A DNA stretch of 40,000 nucleotides from Enterobacteriaceae bacterium 4M9. Its GTDB lineage: Bacteria; Pseudomonadota; Gammaproteobacteria; Enterobacterales; Enterobacteriaceae. Location: contig JAADJJ010000001.1 of the NCBI GenBank assembly GCA_010092695.1, positions 2,074,286 through 2,114,285 on the forward strand. The letters run 5' to 3'. Shown here piece by piece: positions 29,681-40,000 of this stretch (positions within the stretch are counted from its first letter, which is position 1; every line of letters starts with the position of its first letter). The notes below the pieces were generated by a model. The model was not told the DNA's origin. It did not search any database and worked only from the letters and a program-made list of their open reading frames with translations. A program made the position numbers and the translations under genes.

Positions 29681-30579
29681 CCAACATGACCATGAAGGGT
29701 ATTGTGCTGGCAGGAGGGTCAGGTACACGCTTGTATCCCACCACGCGCGGTGTCTCTAAACAGCTGCTGCCAGTCTATGATAAACCGATGATTTATTATC
29801 CCATATCAGTTCTGATGCTGGCAGGGATTCGGGATATAATGATTATCACTACGCCAGAGGATAAGGCCGCATTCCAGCGCTTGCTCGGTAGTGGTGAGCA
29901 ATTTGGTGTTACCTTTACTTATAAAGTGCAACCCAAGCCGGAAGGGTTAGCTCAGGCATTTATTATAGGTGAAGAATTTATTGATAATCAGCGTTGTGCG
30001 CTTGTGCTGGGCGATAACATCTTCTTCGGTCATGGTTTCGGTCACCGCGTTCAGGAGGTTGCGCAGCGAAAAGCAGGCGCAACGGTGTTTGGCTATCAGG
30101 TTACCGATCCAGAACGTTTCGGCGTCATTGAATTTGACCGGGACTATCGCGTGCTTTCTATCGAAGAAAAACCCGTACATCCAAAATCAAACTGGGCAGT
30201 GACTGGACTTTATTTTTATGACGAGCGTATTTGCGAATTTGCACAGCACGTTAAGCCTTCCGCGCGCGGTGAGCTGGAAATTACAAGCATCAACCAGATG
30301 TATCTCGAAGAGCAGGCACTAAACGTCGAGCTTTTCGGACGGGGATTTGCCTGGCTTGATACCGGTACCTGGGACAGCATGACTGAAGCGTCACAGTTTG
30401 TACATACCATTGAAAAGCGCCAGGGACTTAAAATTGCCTGTCTGGAAGAAATCGCCTGGCGAAAAGGTTGGATAGATTCGCAGCAGGTCCTTGAGGAGGC
30501 AAATTTATTAGGGAAAACGCCTTACGGAGAATATCTTCAGGTAATGGTCCGACAGCAGTCTTCACAGGCTGATGACTGA
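29677..30579 (+). CDS. rffH: Glucose-1-phosphate thymidylyltransferase (RffH-like)
   Basis: Candidate starts are ATG 29677 (ATGA overlap with the upstream stop), 29686 and 29692. ATG 29692 gives [16 protein letters not shown], the RffH-like N-terminus. The blocks [35 protein letters not shown] and [14 protein letters not shown] resemble E. coli RffH more than RfbA. Confidence 0.88.
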   Translation: MTNMTMKGIVLAGGSGTRLYPTTRGVSKQLLPVYDKPMIYYPISVLMLAGIRDIMIITTPEDKAAFQRLLGSGEQFGVTFTYKVQPKPEGLAQAFIIGEEFIDNQRCALVLGDNIFFGHGFGHRVQEVAQRKAGATVFGYQVTDPERFGVIEFDRDYRVLSIEEKPVHPKSNWAVTGLYFYDERICEFAQHVKPSARGELEITSINQMYLEEQALNVELFGRGFAWLDTGTWDSMTEASQFVHTIEKRQGLKIACLEEIAWRKGWIDSQQVLEEANLLGKTPYGEYLQVMVRQQSSQADD

Positions 30580-30739
30580 TTTAGGAATAATCGCCATTGG
30601 CTGAAAACCAGTGTTAAGACTACGCTGCTGCCATAATGGATTTTCTTGGTAAGGACGGTCCCTGTTTATCTGTTCTTGTGTAATACTATGCCGCTTATAT
30701 TGAATTGCGCGATATTGGTTAAAAATTGATAAGGTCAAT

Positions 30740-31726
30740 ATGAATCAAAATTTCTCTACAGCAGATGGCCGCAACCGCGAGCCAGAAAACGTTGACCTGC
30801 TGGATATTGTGATGCAGCTGTGGCGCAGCAAGTTCACAGTCATTGCTATTGTGGTGGTTTTTATTCTTTTTGCCGGGGCATACCTGTTTATAGCTAAAGA
30901 AAAGTGGAGCTCTACGGCAATTGTTACGATGCCTGACTCCGGGCAAATCGCCAACTATAACAACTCAATGAGTGTTATTTACGATCAAAATAAAACAAAT
31001 GCGCCATCGGTTACTGATATACAGTATCGTTTTTTTAATCGCTTTAACTCATTGATCTCGGCGCTTTCTGAGGAGCTGGATAATCAGAGTAAACCAGAAA
31101 AGCTGGTTATTGAGCCTGCCGTTAAAGGTCAGGCCATGCCGCTGAAAATCAGCTATGTTGGTTCATCGGCAGAAGACGCGCGCAAGACCCTGACTTCTTA
31201 TATTAATAAAATTAACCAACGTGTCATTGATGAACTGAACCAGGATCTGGTCACCAACATCAACGCGACGATGAAGGACCTGAAAAGCTCCCTGGACACT
31301 CAGGAACTGGTGGCGAAAGAAAAGCGTGATAAGCGTCTTCAGGTATTGCGTCAGGCGCTTGTTGTAGCCCAGCAAAGCAATATCAAATCAACAGAGGTTC
31401 AGCAGGCAGAGTCGCTTTCCGAAGATACTCTGTTTGTTTTGGGAAGTGATGCCCTGTCGGCGACCATTCAGAATGAGTCGACGCGCCCTTTACCGTTAAG
31501 TGAAAACTATTACACGACGCTCCAGTCTTACATGGCGGTTAAAGCCCTGGCCCACAAAGCCGATACGGCTTTCTCGTTCCAGTATGTCATGAAGCCAAAC
31601 CTACCGGTTCGCCGGGATAGTCCTAAGCGTGGTCTGGTACTGATCCTGGCAGCACTGCTTGGCGGTCTTGTCGGTAGCGGTTATGTCCTTGGCCGTAACG
31701 CTATTCGTAACTATAAGTCGGCATAA
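30740..31726 (+). CDS. wzzB: O-antigen chain-length determinant (polysaccharide co-polymerase 1)
   Basis: 328 aa. ...DLLDIVMQLWRSKFTVIAIVVVFIL... (TM1), AKEKWSSTAIVT, a coiled periplasmic region, and C-terminal PxRRDSPKRGLVLILAALLGGLVGSGYVLGRNAIRNY (TM2). Colinear with E. coli WzzB. Confidence 0.93.
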   Translation: MNQNFSTADGRNREPENVDLLDIVMQLWRSKFTVIAIVVVFILFAGAYLFIAKEKWSSTAIVTMPDSGQIANYNNSMSVIYDQNKTNAPSVTDIQYRFFNRFNSLISALSEELDNQSKPEKLVIEPAVKGQAMPLKISYVGSSAEDARKTLTSYINKINQRVIDELNQDLVTNINATMKDLKSSLDTQELVAKEKRDKRLQVLRQALVVAQQSNIKSTEVQQAESLSEDTLFVLGSDALSATIQNESTRPLPLSENYYTTLQSYMAVKALAHKADTAFSFQYVMKPNLPVRRDSPKRGLVLILAALLGGLVGSGYVLGRNAIRNYKSA

Positions 31727-31751
31727 ACGTTCATCACAGGCAGTTGCAAAC

Positions 31752-31779
31752 AAAAGGGCCGGATTTTCCGGCCCTTTTT
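31752..31779. terminator. Bidirectional rho-independent terminator between convergent wzz and hisI
   Basis: AAAA-GGGCCGG-atttt-CCGGCCC-TTTTT. The perfect 7-bp GC stem is flanked by an A-run and a T-run, so it reads as a terminator on both strands. Confidence 0.85.
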
Positions 31780-31840
31780 ACTTTCTGATTTTCAGTGAGC
31801 TGCGGGCTGAGGTGACGATGCCCCCCGCAGCATCAGTGTC

Positions 31841-32448
31841 TCACTTGTGCCTGCTCCGCAAGTTCGCGATCACTTTTCCTAAATCCAGTTCCTGATCCTG
31901 CAACAACACCAGCAGGTGATACAGCAAATCTGATGCTTCATTCACCAGTTCGTCGCGGTCCCGCACGGTTGCAGCCAACGCGGTTTCAACACCTTCTTCA
32001 CCCACCTTCTGTGCAATACGCTTAGTGCCGCTTGAGTAGAGCTTTGCGGTATACGAGCTGTCTGGGTCGGCATGCTTACGTTCAGCCAACAACTGCTCAA
32101 GCTGATACAGAAAATGCCACTCATGATGCGCTTGTTCACCAAAGCAACTTGATGTGCCTGTATGGCAGGTCGGCCCAATGGGATCTGCGAGAATCAGTAG
32201 TGTGTCGTTATCGCAGTCAGGCGTGATACTGACCACTTTTAAAAAGTGGCCGGACGTTTCGCCTTTGGTCCATAGCCGCTGTTTGGTACGCGAATAGAAA
32301 GTGACATTACCGGAAACCTCAGTTTGTGCCAGGGCTTCCGGGTTCATGTAACCCAGCATCAGCACTTCACCGGATACGGCGTGCTGGATGATGGCGGGCA
32401 TCATGTCGTCAGTTTTATTCCAGTCGAGCTCGCCGCGTTGTTTAGTCG

Positions 32449-32455
<7 letters not shown>
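31841..32455 (-). CDS. hisI: Bifunctional phosphoribosyl-AMP cyclohydrolase / phosphoribosyl-ATP pyrophosphatase
   Basis: 204 aa, colinear with E. coli HisIE ([33 protein letters not shown]...). Confidence 0.97.
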
Positions 32456-33944
<1,489 letters not shown>

Positions 33945-34534
33945 TTACATCTCCAGGAAGTTTTTGAGCAGCTGTGCGCCTGCTTTGCCCGAGCGTTCAG
34001 GATGAAACTGTACGCCGTAAAAATTGTCCTTCTGCACTGCGGCGCTAAACGGTTCGCCGTACTCGCACTGGGCGATGGTGCAGGCGTTTACCGGCATGGC
34101 ATAGCCGTGGACAAAGTAGAAATAAGCGCCGTCTTCTATGCCTCGAAACAGGTGGTTGCCCGCCAGCGCCGTGACGCGGTTCCAGCCCATGTGCGGCAGC
34201 GGCAATCCGCGGTCAGTCATTTTCAGCACGGGATTATCAATAATACCGAGTGTTTCTACACCGTGGCTTTCGTCACTGTGGCTGCCAAGTAGCTGCATAC
34301 CGAGGCAGATTCCCAGTACCGGCTGAGTGCAGGCTTTAATCAGTTCCACCAGTTCTCGTTCACGTAGCTGATCCATCGCCGCCTGTGCGGTACCGACGCC
34401 GGGCAAAAACAGTTTGTCGGCACGAAGCACCACGTCGGGATGACGACTCACGACGGGGTCGTAGCCCAGACGCTGCACTGCCCACTTCACGGAGGAGAGG
34501 TTGGCACAGCCGGTATCAAGAATCACCACATTCA

Positions 34535-34535
<1 letters not shown>
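33945..34535 (-). CDS. hisH: Imidazole glycerol phosphate synthase, glutaminase subunit
   Basis: The track starts at GTG 34538. ATG at 34535 (ATGA overlap with the hisB stop) gives [17 protein letters not shown]... and 196 aa, as in E. coli HisH. Confidence 0.96.
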
Positions 34536-37964
<3,429 letters not shown>

Positions 37965-37969
37965 GGTGA

Positions 37970-38869
37970 TTACTCCATCATCTTCTCAATAGGCAGCACG
38001 AGGATGGAACTGGCGCCGAGCGCCTTGAGTTTTTCCATCGTTTCCCAGAACAGGGTTTCGCTGCTGACCATGTGCATCGCCACGCGCTGCTGGTCGCCTG
38101 CCAGCGGCAGAATAGTGGGGCGCTCGGCGCCAGGCAGCAGGGCAACGACCTCTTCGAGCCGATCGCTGGGGGCGTGCAGCATGATGTATTTGGACTCACG
38201 GGCCTGAATCACGCCCTGGATGCGGGTCAGTAATTTGTCGATGAGCTTTTGCTTCATCTCCGGCATCTCACCGTCGCGCTGAATCAGGCAGGCTTTGGAG
38301 CGATAAATCACTTCCACTTCGCGCAGGCCGTTGGCTTCGAGTGTGGCACCGGTCGAAACCAGATCGCAGATGGCGTCAGCCAGGCCGGCGCGTGGTGCGA
38401 CTTCGACGGAACCATTAAGCAGGCAGGATTTGAACTGAACGCCTTTCTCGTCAAGATAGCGTTTGAGCAGGTGCGGGTAGGAGGTCGCGATACGTTTATT
38501 ATTCAGGCAAGCCGGGCCGTCCCAGGGTTCATCCACGTTAGTGGCAATGGAAAGACGACAGCCGCCAAAATCCAGGCGACGCAGAGTGTAATAACGCGGG
38601 TCATCGCCCTGGGCACGACGGTTCAGTAACTCTTCTTCCAGTACGTTTTCGCCAATAATACCAAGGTCAACAACGCCGTCCATCACAAGGCCTGGGATAT
38701 CGTCATCGCGTACGCGCAGGATATCGATAGGCATATTTTCCGCCAGTGCAATCAGGCGCTGGGTGTGCAGGTTGATTTTTATGCCGCAGCGGGCCAGTAA
38801 TTCACGTGAATCGTCGCTAAGACGCCCTGATTTCTGCATAGCTATGCGTAAACGGCTGTTGTCTGACAT
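37970..38869 (-). CDS. hisG: ATP phosphoribosyltransferase (long form)
   Basis: 299 aa. M..[31 protein letters not shown]... First structural gene downstream of the attenuator. Confidence 0.97.
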   Translation of the reverse strand: MSDNSRLRIAMQKSGRLSDDSRELLARCGIKINLHTQRLIALAENMPIDILRVRDDDIPGLVMDGVVDLGIIGENVLEEELLNRRAQGDDPRYYTLRRLDFGGCRLSIATNVDEPWDGPACLNNKRIATSYPHLLKRYLDEKGVQFKSCLLNGSVEVAPRAGLADAICDLVSTGATLEANGLREVEVIYRSKACLIQRDGEMPEMKQKLIDKLLTRIQGVIQARESKYIMLHAPSDRLEEVVALLPGAERPTILPLAGDQQRVAMHMVSSETLFWETMEKLKALGASSILVLPIEKMME

Positions 38870-38913
38870 CTGCTTTCTCTCCTGAATCCTGAGTTATCCT
38901 GCGTAACGCGAGT

Positions 38914-38950
38914 AATAAAAAAGCCCCCGGAAGACGATCTTCCGGGGGCT
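38914..38950 (-). terminator. his operon attenuator terminator
   Basis: On the - strand: AGCCCCCGGAAGA-tcg-TCTTCCGGGGGCT (13-bp perfect stem, 38922-38950) followed by TTTTTATT. Located between hisL and hisG and nearly the same as the E. coli/Salmonella attenuator stem. Confidence 0.93.
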
Positions 38951-39016
38951 TTTTCTGAAGCGTTTGCTCACCACTGGAAGATCCTGAACGTCTTCCAGCA
39001 CTCATCGCCTGAAAGA

Positions 39017-39067
39017 CTAGTCAGGGTGATGGTGATGATGGTGGAATTTATTCGCTGTACGCTTCAT
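39017..39067 (-). CDS. hisL: his operon leader peptide
   Basis: Not in the ORF track because it is too short. The - strand reads ATG AAG CGT ACA GCG AAT AAA TTC CAC CAT CAT CAC CAT CAC CCT GAC TAG = MKRTANKFHHHHHHPD (16 aa, six consecutive His codons). Confidence 0.92.
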   Translation of the reverse strand: MKRTANKFHHHHHHPD

Positions 39068-39105
39068 AACGGTCTCGTTGAATGGTTATTCATTGCCTGT
39101 CCAAT

Positions 39106-39135
39106 AACCTAAACCAGGATGTGGCGCGAACGCAA
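39106..39135 (-). promoter_or_regulatory. Candidate his operon promoter
   Basis: On the - strand: TTGCGT (39130-39135), an 18-nt spacer, then TAGGTT (39106-39111). An A-rich stretch (GCTAAAAAAGCCC) lies upstream, about 40 nt before the hisL ATG. Hexamers were read by eye only. Confidence 0.35.
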
Positions 39136-39256
39136 GGGCTTTTTTAGCGCTTTTGCCTGCCTGAAAGCCGGAGCGCTGATTGTAGGTTGTCCTGCACTGG
39201 CGTAGCCTTAATACAGCATCAGGAAATTCTAAGGCTGCAGGCCGGGAGAGTAGGGC

Positions 39257-40000
39257 ATGAAAAAGGTCGCGATTATCGGTTTAGGATGGCTGGGGATGCC
39301 GCTTGGTATGGCGCTGATGGCGCGTGGCTGGCAGGTGACCGGCAGCAAAACGACGCAAGATGGCGTGGACGCTGCGCGTATGTGCGGGATTGAAAGCTAC
39401 CCGCTGAGGCTAATACCGCAGCTTGAGTGTGACAGCGACGACCTTGAGGCATTGCTTAACGTTGATGCGCTGGTCATCACGTTACCGGCGCGCCGTAGCG
39501 GTGAGGGCGAAAACTTCTACCTGGAAGCGGTACAACAAATTGTCGACAGCGCATTAGCGCATAATATTGCACGCATCATCTTTACCAGCTCTACGTCTGT
39601 TTACGGGAGCGCCAGCGGTATAATGAAAGAGAACTCGCCGCTAAATCCAGACAGTGACAGTGGGCGTACGTTGCGCGAGCTGGAACAGTGGCTGCACGAT
39701 TTACCCGGCACCTCGGTTGATATTTTGCGCCTGGCGGGGCTGGTGGGGCCGGGGCGTCATCCGGGGCGCTTCTTTGCGGGTAAACGTGCGCCAAACGGCA
39801 GTCACGGCGTTAATCTCGTGCATCTGGAAGATGTGGTCAGTGCTATCACGCTGCTGTTACAGGCACCACGCGGTGGGCACATTTATAACCTGTGCGCGCC
39901 GGAACATCCTTCCCGGGCTACGTTTTATTCACAGATGGCGCAGGAGTTGGGGCTGGAGCCGCCGGTTTTTCATGATGACGCGAGCGGTGATAAAGGCAAG
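39257..40000 (+). CDS. yeeZ: NAD(P)-binding SDR-family protein YeeZ (3' end outside window)
   Basis: Absent from the ORF track because it has no stop in the window. ATG 39257 opens MKKVAIIGLGWLGMPLGMALMARGWQVTGSKTTQDGVDAARM...RIIFTSSTSVYG...ILRLAGLVGPGRHPGRFFAGK..., colinear with E. coli YeeZ. The frame is open to base 40000. Confidence 0.9.
   Translation, partial: MKKVAIIGLGWLGMPLGMALMARGWQVTGSKTTQDGVDAARMCGIESYPLRLIPQLECDSDDLEALLNVDALVITLPARRSGEGENFYLEAVQQIVDSALAHNIARIIFTSSTSVYGSASGIMKENSPLNPDSDSGRTLRELEQWLHDLPGTSVDILRLAGLVGPGRHPGRFFAGKRAPNGSHGVNLVHLEDVVSAITLLLQAPRGGHIYNLCAPEHPSRATFYSQMAQELGLEPPVFHDDASGDKGK

Noticed and set aside
38817-39005. 62-aa - strand ORF spanning the hisG start and the his attenuator
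   Set aside because: It overlaps the attenuator terminator hairpin and the hisG 5' end out of frame. The region is the well-characterised his leader RNA.
39068-39256. Looked for the yefM-yoeB toxin-antitoxin pair that sits between hisL and yeeZ in E. coli K-12
   Set aside because: Only 189 nt separate hisL from yeeZ, with no ORF of suitable size, so the TA module is simply absent. The spacer most likely holds the divergent his and yeeZ promoters.
39187-39393. 68-aa + strand ORF at the yeeZ 5' end
   Set aside because: It is out of frame with the much better yeeZ reading frame (ATG 39257), which is open to the window end and colinear with E. coli YeeZ.

Overview
This is an Enterobacteriaceae chromosomal surface-polysaccharide super-locus with E. 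coli-like synteny. No mobile element, tRNA/rRNA, CRISPR array or recognisable defence system is visible, and no intergenic gap exceeds about 300 bp. On the + strand, in order: (1) the distal half of the colanic-acid operon (gmd partial, fcl, gmm, wcaI, manC, manB, wcaJ, wzxC, wcaK, wcaL, wcaM; GC-rich); (2) galF, a terminator, and a 39-bp JUMPstart element with an exact ops site; (3) a sharply AT-rich Wzx/Wzy-dependent O-antigen cluster of about 12.3 kb (14634-26926); (4) gnd, an RffG/RffH-like dTDP-sugar gene pair, and wzz. The O-antigen cluster encodes TagD, a TagB/F-family CDP-glycerol glycerophosphotransferase, three GT4 glycosyltransferases (one frameshifted), wzx, wzy, fnlA-fnlB-fnlC, wbuB and wbuC. 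On the - strand lies the complete his operon (hisL leader, attenuator, hisGDCBHAFI). The 5' part of yeeZ follows on the + strand. Points worth a second look: the O-antigen cluster joins a teichoic-acid-type CDP-glycerol module to the L-FucNAc module. One glycosyltransferase is split by a frameshift inside an A9 run, with T6G8 and (TA)8 tracts in neighbouring genes. An orphan rffGH-like pair occupies the slot where E. coli and Salmonella carry ugd. Whether the cluster is previously undescribed cannot be judged without database searches. Product calls rest on by-eye comparison with protein families and E. coli K-12 sequences as I remember them, not on computed alignments.
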